From the NCBI GenBank assembly GCA_964450755.1, contig CAYVDJ010000118.1:1-60050 (forward strand): DNA of 60,050 nucleotides. The letters run 5' to 3'. Positions 8,727-17,886 of this stretch are shown piece after piece; position 1 is the first letter of the stretch; each line of letters opens with the position of its first letter. A program made the translations under genes and the position numbers. This stretch comes from an uncultured Campylobacterales bacterium (GTDB lineage Bacteria; Campylobacterota; Campylobacteria; Campylobacterales; JAADDG01). The notes under the pieces are model-generated. The model saw nothing but the letters and a program-made list of their open reading frames with translations. It was not told the origin of the DNA and did not search any database.

Positions 8727-10289
8727 CTAATGCAAAAAGTGTCTGACACCGGTAAAATAAAGAGCGATGTTATGTTCATTTGCCGCCTCTATCACCTCAT
8801 CATCTCTTATACTTCCTCCCGGTTCTATGATCGCTTTGACTTTTGCTTTTGCCGCCTCATCGATACTGTCTCTGAAAGGGAAAAAAGCTTCACTTGCCAT
8901 CGCCGAACCGCTTACATCCAAACCAAGCTCGTTTGCTTTTTTCAAAGCGCATTTTGCGGCATCAACTCTGCTTGTCATCCCCATCCCGATAGCCACCATC
9001 GCCGCATCTTTTACATAAACGACACAGTTTGATTTTGTCAAAGCGGCAACTTTATAAGCTATCTCAAGATCCTTTAACTCCTCTTTGGTCGCTTCTCTTT
9101 GACTTTTTAGATCTGCATTTTTTATCTCTTCATCATCGACTCTGTCCGCATTTTGAAAAACAAAACCGCCCTCTATATGTTTAAAATCATACTCATCATC
9201 GCTGAGTGTCAGATAATCGCTCTCTTGAGTAAAAATCTTTATCCTCTTTTTCTTGGCAAAAACTTCCAAAACATCCTCATCAACATCAGCCGCTATAATC
9301 ACCTCTACAAATATCTTATTAATCTCTTCTGCCAACTCTTTATCGAGTCTGCCGTTTATGGCTACAACTCCGCCGTAAGCTGAGATTGGATCGCATTTTA
9401 GAGCTTCTGTGTAACTCTCTTTCAAACTTCCCTTTATGGCAAAACCGCAGGGGTTGGCATGTTTTACGATACAAACCGCATTTTCTTTACCGAAATTTGC
9501 AGCTATTTTGACGGCTGAATTGATATCGGTCAGGTTATTGAAACTTGCTTCGCCTTTTAGAGTTTTGAAATGTTTACTAAAAAAGTCTTCAAACTGATAA
9601 AGCGCACCTTTTTGATGCGGATTTTCTCCGTATCTTGTATCAAATACTTTCTCTCCGACGATAAATCGTTTCTTTCCAAAACCATCTTTGAATCTCTTGT
9701 TCATATAGTTTGCAATCATAGAGTCATAAGATGCCGTATGTTCAAATGCTTTGATCATAAGTTCTTTTCTAAACTCCGTATCATTTTTACCCTCTTTTAG
9801 AGTTTCCACCACTTTCTTATAATCGCCACTGTCAGTTACGATCATCACCGAATCAAAATTTTTGGCAGCACTTCTTACCATCGCAGGTCCGCCGATATCG
9901 ATATTTTCTATGATCTCTTCAAAATCATCCGTTTTTGCGATAGTCTCCTTGAAAGGATAAAGATTTACACACACAAGATCAATGCCCTCTATCTGATGTT
10001 CCTGTGCCGTTTTTTGATGTTCTTTCAGATCCCTTCTGTATAAGATGGCTCCGTGTATGTAGGGATTTAGCGTTTTTACTCTTCCGTCAAACATTTCAGG
10101 AAATTTTGTAACTTTTGATATCTCAACCGCTTTTATACCGTTTTCTTTCAAAAGCCCGTAGGTTCCGCCTGTGGATATGATCTCATATCCCAAAGAGACA
10201 AGCTCTTTGGCAAACCAAACTATATCTTTTTTATCACTGACACTCAAAAGCGCTCTCATGGTTTTAGTCCTTAGAAAATTTTTTTGCAA
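8727..10289 (-). CDS. purH: bifunctional AICAR formyltransferase / IMP cyclohydrolase PurH
   Basis: N-terminus [19 protein letters not shown]...[12 protein letters not shown] and C-terminus [33 protein letters not shown] are both canonical PurH. Confidence 0.95.
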   Translation of the reverse strand: MQKNFLRTKTMRALLSVSDKKDIVWFAKELVSLGYEIISTGGTYGLLKENGIKAVEISKVTKFPEMFDGRVKTLNPYIHGAILYRRDLKEHQKTAQEHQIEGIDLVCVNLYPFKETIAKTDDFEEIIENIDIGGPAMVRSAAKNFDSVMIVTDSGDYKKVVETLKEGKNDTEFRKELMIKAFEHTASYDSMIANYMNKRFKDGFGKKRFIVGEKVFDTRYGENPHQKGALYQFEDFFSKHFKTLKGEASFNNLTDINSAVKIAANFGKENAVCIVKHANPCGFAIKGSLKESYTEALKCDPISAYGGVVAINGRLDKELAEEINKIFVEVIIAADVDEDVLEVFAKKKRIKIFTQESDYLTLSDDEYDFKHIEGGFVFQNADRVDDEEIKNADLKSQREATKEELKDLEIAYKVAALTKSNCVVYVKDAAMVAIGMGMTSRVDAAKCALKKANELGLDVSGSAMASEAFFPFRDSIDEAAKAKVKAIIEPGGSIRDDEVIEAANEHNIALYFTGVRHFLH

Positions 10290-10319
10290 TTGTAACGAGA
10301 ATTTGTTTAATAGTAGATT

Positions 10320-11618
10320 TTAGGAAGATAAAAATAAAAATCCATCTTCATCCAGATATCCCTCCTCATCTGTCAAAATCCACTCATCACAAATATAGCT
10401 CTTTATCCATATCCGCCCTTTTTTCATAAAATCCAGATTCTCACCCTCATCATCGGCTATCCTGACACTTCTGCCGGGAAGTGGCATACCGACACTCTCT
10501 TTTTTGTATCCCACCTGTACTTTCCAGTAACCTGTTTCCAAAACATCAGGAAGATTTAAACAGACAAGCCCTGTTTTTTTGTGCGAATATCCCTCATAAA
10601 CCGTTTTTTTAAATCTCTCTTCAAAGGCATTTTTGATATTTTGAGAAATCTTTTCAACAGTTATGATATATTTTAAACTCGAAAGCATCAGAGGATGGAT
10701 CTTTTGATTTTGCACACTCACTTCCAAAAACTCTTCATTGGAAAAGAGATATTTTATATCTTCTCTTGCCACTCTTTTGCAAACCTCCATATAATCTTTT
10801 TTCTCATAACAGCAGAGAAATTTTATCTTTTTTGAAAAAGAAAGGATAGCATTTAGCAAATGGCGGGGAGGCAAAAGAGAGATGATTTTTTCATTTTTCT
10901 CAGCATTTAACAGATCCAAAAATTTTTTATTTTCAAAAGATTTAAATGACGAACTTTTTTTATACGATTCTTTAAAGGCTTCAACAGAGAGATGAAAAAT
11001 TTTCTGCTTTAAAAGCGCCTTTTTCGTCAAACGAGAAAGCGGTTTTCCAAAAGCCACAACAATCTCTCTTCTTAGTATCAAACCATCCTTTACAGCCGAT
11101 CTCGAAAAAACACTTCCCCTTATCCCCTCTATATAAAAAGGAACTATCAAAGTATCTTCCATATCTTTGAGTACCCTTTCAAAACCGCCTTTAAAAGTAC
11201 CCTGCTGTGAGTTGTAACTGATCGTGCCTTCAGGAAAAATGCAGACGATTTCACCTTTTTTCAAAGCTTTTTTGATATTTTTTATACCTTCTCTGGCACT
11301 TTTTGACGATATCGGTATAACACCAAGCAGATCCAAAAGCCATCTGTGAAAATCAAGCATATAAATCTCTTTGTGCATAACAAATCTGATACAACGATGA
11401 CAACTCATCTGAAGTATAGCCCAGTCTATCCAGCTGATATGATTTCCAAGAAGCAAAACAGCCCTGTTTTCAGGCAGATTTTTCATCCCTGCAATCTTTA
11501 TCCTGTATCTCAAATGAAAGGGAAAAAGGATGATATGACAAAGCAGTTTTTTTAAAAAAGGATTTGTTATCTTCATATTGAAAGTATATCCTAAAAAAAG
11601 CTTTCTTATAAAGAGCAA
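10320..11618 (-). CDS. lysophospholipid acyltransferase (PlsC-type) fused to a short, degenerate AMP-binding-like C-terminal region (Aas-like)
   Basis: Acyltransferase H(X4)D motif NHISWIDW and PEGTIS block. The C-terminal half carries EGYS, ESVGMPLPGRSVRI and GYLDEDGFLFLSS, which resemble adenylate-forming enzyme motifs. No P-loop motif was seen. An alternative ATG lies 14 codons in. Confidence 0.6.
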   Translation of the reverse strand: MLFIRKLFLGYTFNMKITNPFLKKLLCHIILFPFHLRYRIKIAGMKNLPENRAVLLLGNHISWIDWAILQMSCHRCIRFVMHKEIYMLDFHRWLLDLLGVIPISSKSAREGIKNIKKALKKGEIVCIFPEGTISYNSQQGTFKGGFERVLKDMEDTLIVPFYIEGIRGSVFSRSAVKDGLILRREIVVAFGKPLSRLTKKALLKQKIFHLSVEAFKESYKKSSSFKSFENKKFLDLLNAEKNEKIISLLPPRHLLNAILSFSKKIKFLCCYEKKDYMEVCKRVAREDIKYLFSNEEFLEVSVQNQKIHPLMLSSLKYIITVEKISQNIKNAFEERFKKTVYEGYSHKKTGLVCLNLPDVLETGYWKVQVGYKKESVGMPLPGRSVRIADDEGENLDFMKKGRIWIKSYICDEWILTDEEGYLDEDGFLFLSS

Positions 11619-11844
11619 CTTAAAAAAATGACAGAAGAGTAAATATGGGCAGCTCTAAAAACTTATATAGCCCATATAATGTTGTTTAAAAAATATTCTA
11701 CTTATTCTTGAAATTTAAAGATATTTGCTATGAAGTGTTTTATCAGCTGATGTTACGCATAAAACAATTTTACAATTGACACTTCGTTTACCTGCATACT
11801 TGTTGTCTCTATATCATTTAATCAAAAACTAAACTTTAGGTTGT

Positions 11845-11865
11845 TATAATTATCCGTATAATTAT
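11845..11865 (+). promoter_or_regulatory. duplicated palindromic box, likely promoter/operator of the toxin-antitoxin pair
   Basis: TATAATTAT-CCG-TATAATTAT. These are two copies of a self-complementary ATAATTAT core 12 nt apart, about 25-45 nt upstream of the antitoxin ATG. It also doubles as a TATAAT -10 element. Confidence 0.4.
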
Positions 11866-11888
11866 AGTCAATAATACAAGGATACAAA

Positions 11889-12185
11889 ATGGTAGCATAT
11901 TCTCAGGATGAATTAGTTTCATCAACAGATATATCAAAACAATTTGGTTATTATCTTTCAAATGTATCAAATGGTGTTGTTGAAAAATTGGCAATTTTGA
12001 AAAATAATAAAATTGAAGCAGTGATGATACCAACAGCAATGTATGAAAGCTTAATGGACATGCTAGATGAAAGAGAAAATATAGAAATTTTAGAAACTAT
12101 CGAAAAAAGATTAAAAACACCGAAAGAAAACTATCTTGATGGTAATAAAGTTTTAAAAGAATTAAATTTATCTTTAGATGACTAA
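11889..12185 (+). CDS. type II antitoxin, Phd/YefM-like
   Basis: 98 aa. The N-terminal pattern ISKQFGYYLSNVSNG..EKLAILKNNKIEAVMIPTAMYESLMD matches the Phd/YefM fold consensus. The stop overlaps the toxin start (ATGA-type junction at 12185). Confidence 0.6.
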   Translation: MVAYSQDELVSSTDISKQFGYYLSNVSNGVVEKLAILKNNKIEAVMIPTAMYESLMDMLDERENIEILETIEKRLKTPKENYLDGNKVLKELNLSLDD

Positions 12186-12481
12186 TGTATAATTTTAAAT
12201 TTCATCCAGATGCTTATGAAGAATTACAAAAGCTAAATAAATCTATCCAAATTCTATTTACAAAAAAACTAAAACAGATTTTAAATTCACCAGAAATTGG
12301 AATTAAACTAGGAAATAAAAATAATCTAAATTTAGCAGGATTTAAAAAAGTGTATTTTAACAATAAAAAATATAGGATAGTTTATGGAATCATTGAAGAA
12401 GAAATTATAATTTATATTATAGCAATAGGAAAAAGAGAAGAAATGGATGTTTATAAAAAAGCTGTCAGCAGAAAAAAATAA
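12185..12481 (+). CDS. type II toxin, RelE/ParE superfamily
   Basis: 98 aa. FHPDAYEELQKL...KKVYFNNKKYRIVYGIIEEEIIIYIIAIGKREEMDVYKKA has the typical RelE/ParE layout. It is translationally coupled to the upstream antitoxin. Confidence 0.65.
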   Translation: MYNFKFHPDAYEELQKLNKSIQILFTKKLKQILNSPEIGIKLGNKNNLNLAGFKKVYFNNKKYRIVYGIIEEEIIIYIIAIGKREEMDVYKKAVSRKK

Positions 12482-12542
12482 TTTATTGGTTGAAATATTT
12501 CAATTTTAAAATTTTTTACTATCATTTTACCAAGGAAAACTC

Positions 12543-13535
12543 ATCTTAAAAAAAGGTTATACCACGGGTGTTCATACTCTTTTTGCTTTTAGATGCGCAC
12601 TTGAGAGTTATTTGCGCTTATCCCAAAAAAGCTGGTCAAAAACCGTTAAAATGGACAATGATGATCTTGATGTGACAAAAGGGTGTGAGATCATCGTAAC
12701 CGTAAGCGATAAAAAAGATGATCTTGTTTTAAATCCTCTGCCTCAAAAACCCCATATCCTCCAAAGCAAAGACAATATCCTCTGCCTCTATGCCGGTAGA
12801 GGTGTGGGAGTAGTAACAAAAAAAGGTCTAAAAACCAAACCGAACTTTCCTGCCATCAATCCGACCCCTTTAAAAGAGATGCAAAAAATTTATAAAAGAT
12901 TTATGCAAAATCACAAAGCTCTTATCCTCTACTCTTGCGTATCAGTCAAAAATGCAGAAGAGATCGCAAAAAATACAGCCAATAAAAAAGTGGGTGTTAT
13001 AGGAGGTATATCGATTCTTGGAACAAGCGGTTTTGTAAAACCCGTATCATCAGAATCTTACCTTGAATCTATAAAAACAGAGATAAGATTTGCAAAAGCA
13101 AACGGTTGCAAAAAGATAGTTTTCACTATCGGAAATAGCTCTTATACAAAGGCAAAAAGAGTTTATGATGAAACAGACATTATTGAAATAGGCAATTTCG
13201 TTTATGACTCTTTTAAAATAGCCAAAGATGAGAATATAAAAGATTTTATCTTAATTGCCGGTATAGGTAAAATAACCAAAATAGCTCTTGGATTTAAAAA
13301 TACCCACAACAGATTTGGTTCTATCGATTTTGATGAGATTCAAAAGTGGGTAGGAAGCGATTTTGAAGATATCGTAACTGTTAAAGGACTTTGTGAAAAA
13401 CTCGACAACAGATCAAAATGCTTTTACCATACAGCGGAAAAAAGAGCAAAAGAGCAGATAAAAAAGTGGTTTAAAGAGAGTAAAATTTCTATAAATATCT
13501 CCGAAATCTTTAGCTGTCCATCTCCAAGCTCATAA
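12543..13535 (+). CDS. cbiD: cobalt-precorrin-5B (C1)-methyltransferase CbiD homologue; start codon uncertain
   Basis: LKKGYTTG near the N-terminus and ILGTSGFVKPVSSESYLESI are CbiD signatures. The frame is open from 12510 with no ATG/GTG/TTG before 12612. An ATC at 12543 lies 6 nt after SD AAGGA. The track start at 12612 (TTG) would remove the GYTTG motif. Confidence 0.65.
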   Translation: MLKKGYTTGVHTLFAFRCALESYLRLSQKSWSKTVKMDNDDLDVTKGCEIIVTVSDKKDDLVLNPLPQKPHILQSKDNILCLYAGRGVGVVTKKGLKTKPNFPAINPTPLKEMQKIYKRFMQNHKALILYSCVSVKNAEEIAKNTANKKVGVIGGISILGTSGFVKPVSSESYLESIKTEIRFAKANGCKKIVFTIGNSSYTKAKRVYDETDIIEIGNFVYDSFKIAKDENIKDFILIAGIGKITKIALGFKNTHNRFGSIDFDEIQKWVGSDFEDIVTVKGLCEKLDNRSKCFYHTAEKRAKEQIKKWFKESKISINISEIFSCPSPSS

Positions 13536-13854
13536 GATACATATCCTCCCCGTCTATTACATCAACTTCTATACTTTTACATTGTGGGCAGCAGTATTCA
13601 AGCTCTTTTAGTTCGCTTTTTGTGTTGCATTTTCTGCATTTTATCACAACTTTTTGGATATTTATGACAAATTCACACCCCTCGCAGATAGTGTCCTCTT
13701 TGAAAGTGTCAAATGCCGTTTGCAAAAGATCAGTTTCAACCCCGCTCATAACACCTATCTTGACAACCACTTTTGTTATCTTTTTGGCATTATGTTTTAT
13801 CGCCTGTTCTTCACACTGATTTAAAAGTGCCTGAACTATACTGTATTCATGCAT
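13510..13854 (-). CDS. hypA: hydrogenase nickel incorporation protein HypA
   Basis: MHEYSIVQALL N-terminus (Ni site) and two CxxC pairs, CRKC and CPQC (Zn site). 114 aa. Confidence 0.9.
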   Translation of the reverse strand: MHEYSIVQALLNQCEEQAIKHNAKKITKVVVKIGVMSGVETDLLQTAFDTFKEDTICEGCEFVINIQKVVIKCRKCNTKSELKELEYCCPQCKSIEVDVIDGEDMYLMSLEMDS

Positions 13855-15499
13855 CGATATCCTTTAATCGCTTTGGAGTAAAAATCGGACAGATTTTATA
13901 TACAAACTCTCTTCTCAAACGATGAAAAGAACTGTTCTCATCCCAAAATTCGGGATACATTATTTCAAGTTCTCTCTCTTTGCAGGAGTTTATATACTCT
14001 TTGTTCTCATCCAAAAAATCCTGTTTGTCATAGATAAAATCATCATATTTATCCTCATCTTTCAAAAGATTTTGACAAAATGTATCCAAACTCTCAAAAT
14101 AGTTCTCATTTTCAAAAACTTCATCAACCATTGAAATCTCTTTTGCTCTTTTGACACTTACAGGAAGAGAGTCATCTTTTAACTTTTTGCTCATCTTTTC
14201 TCCAACTCTTTTTGGAAGTGTAAAAGTGTGATATTCACTTCCGCTGAGTCCCAAAGTTTTATAATGTGGGTTTAAAACAACTCCATCTCTTGCTATAACA
14301 TAATCACAGGCCAGTCCCAAAAATACACCTCCCGCTCCGGCATTTGCGCCAAATGAGGCAACAGTTATAATCTCATCGCAAAAGAGAACGGATTTTATCA
14401 GATCATTCATCGCATTGATGTTGCTCCAGCCGTCTTCTCCCTGTTTTTTGCTGTCTTCTAGGATATTTAGATGGATACCGTTACTGAAAAAATCTCTCCC
14501 TCCCATCAAAACCAAAACCTTGCACTTTTGTTTCAGATACTCTATCGCATATTTGAGTCTTATACACTGTTCACTGCCCATGGCTCCGTTATGAAAATCA
14601 AAATGAAGATAAACGACATCTCCCGCCTCTTTTGTATAAATCTCATAAAAAGTTTCATAACTTTGATCAAATATCAAAGGAAGTCTATGCTCTTTTACAC
14701 CTTTTAATCTCTCTTTTAACACATAAGTTGACGGGAGTTTAAACCTTTTTGGCTCTTTTAGATGAGATATCCAAACAGCGGCATCTTTTGTTCCCACACA
14801 GACAGCCCCGTCTCGTTTTGCCAAAATCTCTTTTACGCCGCCTCTTAGTTTCTTTTCATAATGCGCTCCAAATAGATAACATTCCATCCCCAAAAATTCA
14901 TCTTTCACTCCGGGATAACTGTCAGCAGCGTTTATCTTTCGTATGATATCTTTCGTAGAGTCATTGAACCAGTCAATCTTTCTCTCTTTTTGGGTTAAAA
15001 TTTTGTGAACGGGATTTAAGATCTGTTTTTTGGGTTTAAAAGAGGGATCTTTGATATTTTCCAAAAGCTCTTTTAACATTTTCACCGCACTGTCGCTTAC
15101 CTCTTTTCGATAAAGAGAACTTTTGGGCGCTTCTCTTACAGGAAAAAAACTCTCACTGTAAATATCCCCCGCATCTATCTCTTTGTCGGCTTTCAAAAAA
15201 ACAGCTCCCCATATCTTTTCCCTTTTTAACAAGGCATAATCAAGAGAGTTAGCCCCTCTGTCTCCTCTTATACCCGGATGAAAGATAAAAACAGGTATAT
15301 TTTCATAAATCTCTTTTGGAACATACTTTTTTAAAAAGGGAGAGAGTATCAGATCGGGTTTGAAACTTTTTGCGGCTTTTATCATGCTCTCTTCATCAAT
15401 GGCAAACTCTACGGAGAGTTTATGCCCCTCATCTTTCAGATAGCAAAAAACCTTTTGAGTCAGAGAGTTAAAAGAGGAAACGATAAAAAGGATTCTCAT
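13847..15499 (-). CDS. hypX: HypX/HoxX-type hydrogenase maturation protein (formyltransferase-like N-domain plus crotonase-like C-domain)
   Basis: The N-terminal IFHPGIRGDRGANSLDYAL resembles the HypX formyl-THF site. The C-terminal GGRDFFSNGIHLN...GANAGAGGVFLGLACDYVIA is an enoyl-CoA hydratase fold. It lies between hypE and hypA and overlaps hypA by 8 nt. Confidence 0.75.
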   Translation of the reverse strand: MRILFIVSSFNSLTQKVFCYLKDEGHKLSVEFAIDEESMIKAAKSFKPDLILSPFLKKYVPKEIYENIPVFIFHPGIRGDRGANSLDYALLKREKIWGAVFLKADKEIDAGDIYSESFFPVREAPKSSLYRKEVSDSAVKMLKELLENIKDPSFKPKKQILNPVHKILTQKERKIDWFNDSTKDIIRKINAADSYPGVKDEFLGMECYLFGAHYEKKLRGGVKEILAKRDGAVCVGTKDAAVWISHLKEPKRFKLPSTYVLKERLKGVKEHRLPLIFDQSYETFYEIYTKEAGDVVYLHFDFHNGAMGSEQCIRLKYAIEYLKQKCKVLVLMGGRDFFSNGIHLNILEDSKKQGEDGWSNINAMNDLIKSVLFCDEIITVASFGANAGAGGVFLGLACDYVIARDGVVLNPHYKTLGLSGSEYHTFTLPKRVGEKMSKKLKDDSLPVSVKRAKEISMVDEVFENENYFESLDTFCQNLLKDEDKYDDFIYDKQDFLDENKEYINSCKERELEIMYPEFWDENSSFHRLRREFVYKICPIFTPKRLKDIDA

Positions 15500-16492
15500 C
15501 TAACAGATTCTCGGTAACAGCTCACCTGTTGGAGTTTCCAAAAATCTTCTTGTTCCGTAAGAGCTTTTCAAAAGTACCTTTCCAATGTACTCATCACTTA
15601 CTTTTCCTATAACAGAGGCGTTTTGATTGAACTCTTTTAAAACTTCAAAAGCGATTATCGCATCTTTTTTATTAATTGCCAAAACAAAAGTTCCCTCGTT
15701 TGCCAAAGAGAGAGCCTCAAAGCCAAGCAGTTCACAGACTCCTTTTACCTGTTCACTGACAGGTACTTTATCTTCTTCTATCTCTATACAGACACCGCTT
15801 TGTTTTGCCCATTCGTTTAAAACGGCACTGATTCCGCCCCTTGTGGCATCCCGCATGGCTGTTATCCTGATACCTTTGTCTATCAAAGCTTTTACAATCG
15901 GAAACAAAGAGGCACAGTCACTCATAAGATCACTTTGTATATCTATCCCCTCTCTTGCCGTAAATATCGCCGCTCCGTGGCATCCGATATCACGACTTAC
16001 AAGGATAAGATCATCTTTGCCCAAAGCGTTGGCACTGATATCAGAAACCAAAATCTCTCCGATTGCAGAAGTGTTTATAAAAATCTTATCAACACTCCCT
16101 TTTGGAACTACTTTGGTATCTCCGCTTACGATCACGGCAGAGTTTGTCTCCAGCTCTTTTTTCATACTCCTTACGATCTTTTGCAGTTCTCTTGTACCAA
16201 ATCCCTCTTCAAGTATCACCGAAAAAGTAAGATAAAGCGGTTTTGCTCCCATCATCGCAAGATCATTGCAACTGCCGCAAACAGAGAGTTTTCCTATATC
16301 ACCGCCGTTGAAAAAAAGAGGTGTAACGGTAAAACTGTCGGTTGTAAAAGCAAGTTTTCCATTCTCTATAACCGCCGCATCCTCACTTTTTTGCAAAATG
16401 TCATTTTTGAAAGCTTTGTAAAAAACCTCTTTTATCAGACGGTTGTTCTCTTCCCCTCCGTTTCCGTGAGCCAAAGTTATCTCTTTATCCAT
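15500..16492 (-). CDS. hypE: hydrogenase maturation protein HypE
   Basis: AIR-synthase-like pattern (LAHGNGG, GGDIGKLSVCGSCNDLAMMGAKP) and the diagnostic C-terminal PRIC. Confidence 0.95.
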   Translation of the reverse strand: MDKEITLAHGNGGEENNRLIKEVFYKAFKNDILQKSEDAAVIENGKLAFTTDSFTVTPLFFNGGDIGKLSVCGSCNDLAMMGAKPLYLTFSVILEEGFGTRELQKIVRSMKKELETNSAVIVSGDTKVVPKGSVDKIFINTSAIGEILVSDISANALGKDDLILVSRDIGCHGAAIFTAREGIDIQSDLMSDCASLFPIVKALIDKGIRITAMRDATRGGISAVLNEWAKQSGVCIEIEEDKVPVSEQVKGVCELLGFEALSLANEGTFVLAINKKDAIIAFEVLKEFNQNASVIGKVSDEYIGKVLLKSSYGTRRFLETPTGELLPRIC

Positions 16493-17654
16493 TCCTCTTT
16501 CCCTGTTTCAAAAAATTTCCGTATTTGTAGTATGCCGCACATGCTCCCTCACTGCTGACCATACAACTGCCTATCGGGTTTTCCGGTTTACACGCAGTGC
16601 CAAAAACCGTACATTCTGTAGGTTTTGCCATACCTCTTAGTATATCTCCACAGATACAGAGCTTATGATCTTCTATCTCTTCAAGAGGCAGGATATCTTT
16701 ATAGATATATTCGGCATCATATTTTTTGTACTCATCTTTTAGTTTCAGAGCGCTTTTTGGGATATTTCCCAAACCTCTCCACTTAAAAAGCTCTCTTTTT
16801 TCAAAGTACCTGTCTATCATCTCTCTTGCTCTTATATTTCCTTCAAAAGTTACAACCCTTTTGTACTGAATCTCAAGTTCGCATCTGTTTTGCAAAAACT
16901 GTTTTACGATCATAGAGATACCCTCCATCACATCAACCGGCTCAAATCCCGCTACAACAACGGGACGATTATAGGATTTTGGAAAAATCTCATATATTCT
17001 GCTTCCGGCTATCACACTGACATGGCTGGGACCTAAAAATGCATCTATTTGATTGTTGTAACTGTCCACATGGACATCTCTGCTGTCTATCAACTCTTTC
17101 ATAACTTCGGGAACCGTTACATGATTGATATGAAAAAATATGTTTTTTATATCTCTTTTTATCACGATATCCAAAAGTGCCGCCGTCATGGGAGTAGTAG
17201 TTTCAAATCCTATGGCAAAAAATATAATCTTTTTATCAGGATGCTCTTTTGCTATCTTCAAAGTATCCATCGGAGAATAGACAAATCTCACATCGGCACC
17301 CTTGCTTCTTGCTTTTTGCAAACTGCCGTTACTGCCGGGAACTTTTATCATATCCCCCAAAGTAACCAAAATAACATCTTCTTGCATACTGAGGATATAG
17401 GCATGATCTATCCTCTCTTTTGGCATGATACAGACAGGACAGCCCGGACCGTGTATAAAATCGATATTTTCAGGCAAAAGCTGCAAAAGTCCGTATTTCA
17501 TAATCGTATGGGTATGACCTCCGCATACCTCCATGATATTTATATCTCTTTTGAGTTTTTTTGCATCTTCTTCTATAATCTTTGCAAATGATTTTATGGT
17601 TTTTGGATCCCTGAAATCATCATAAAGATTTTTAAGCTCCAATCTATCCATCAA
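16485..17654 (-). CDS. hypD: hydrogenase maturation protein HypD
   Basis: MEVCGGHTH, GPGCPVCI and FETT motifs, plus the C-terminal cysteine cluster. Overlaps hypE by 8 nt. Confidence 0.95.
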   Translation of the reverse strand: MMDRLELKNLYDDFRDPKTIKSFAKIIEEDAKKLKRDINIMEVCGGHTHTIMKYGLLQLLPENIDFIHGPGCPVCIMPKERIDHAYILSMQEDVILVTLGDMIKVPGSNGSLQKARSKGADVRFVYSPMDTLKIAKEHPDKKIIFFAIGFETTTPMTAALLDIVIKRDIKNIFFHINHVTVPEVMKELIDSRDVHVDSYNNQIDAFLGPSHVSVIAGSRIYEIFPKSYNRPVVVAGFEPVDVMEGISMIVKQFLQNRCELEIQYKRVVTFEGNIRAREMIDRYFEKRELFKWRGLGNIPKSALKLKDEYKKYDAEYIYKDILPLEEIEDHKLCICGDILRGMAKPTECTVFGTACKPENPIGSCMVSSEGACAAYYKYGNFLKQGKRNG

Positions 17655-17886
17655 AATCCATCTTTTCCAGAATCTCTTTATAAACTTTTATAGACTCTTT
17701 TGCATCCTCCTCATCTATTTTGTTCATAACAAAACCTATATGCAAAAGTACAAAATCCCCCTCTTTTACCTCTCCCTCCTGCATCAAATCCAAACTTGCT
17801 TTTCTTTTAACTCCCATCGTATCAACAACGGCGATATTTTTCTCCTCATCTATTTCAACAACTTTTGAAGGTATGGAAAGGCACAT
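17644..17886 (-). CDS. hypC: hydrogenase maturation chaperone HypC
   Basis: MCLSIPSKV N-terminus with the essential Cys2. 80 aa. Confidence 0.9.
   Translation of the reverse strand: MCLSIPSKVVEIDEEKNIAVVDTMGVKRKASLDLMQEGEVKEGDFVLLHIGFVMNKIDEEDAKESIKVYKEILEKMDFDG

Noticed and set aside
11619-12542. The toxin-antitoxin segment considered as part of a larger mobile element or genomic island
   Set aside because: No integrase, transposase, tRNA attachment site or flanking direct or inverted repeats could be seen. Only the compositional contrast supports foreign origin, so it is reported as an isolated cassette.
15627-16558. Plus-strand ORFs of 202 and 207 aa inside hypE/hypD
   Set aside because: They are antisense to well-conserved HypE and HypD sequence. 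No start context or motifs were seen.
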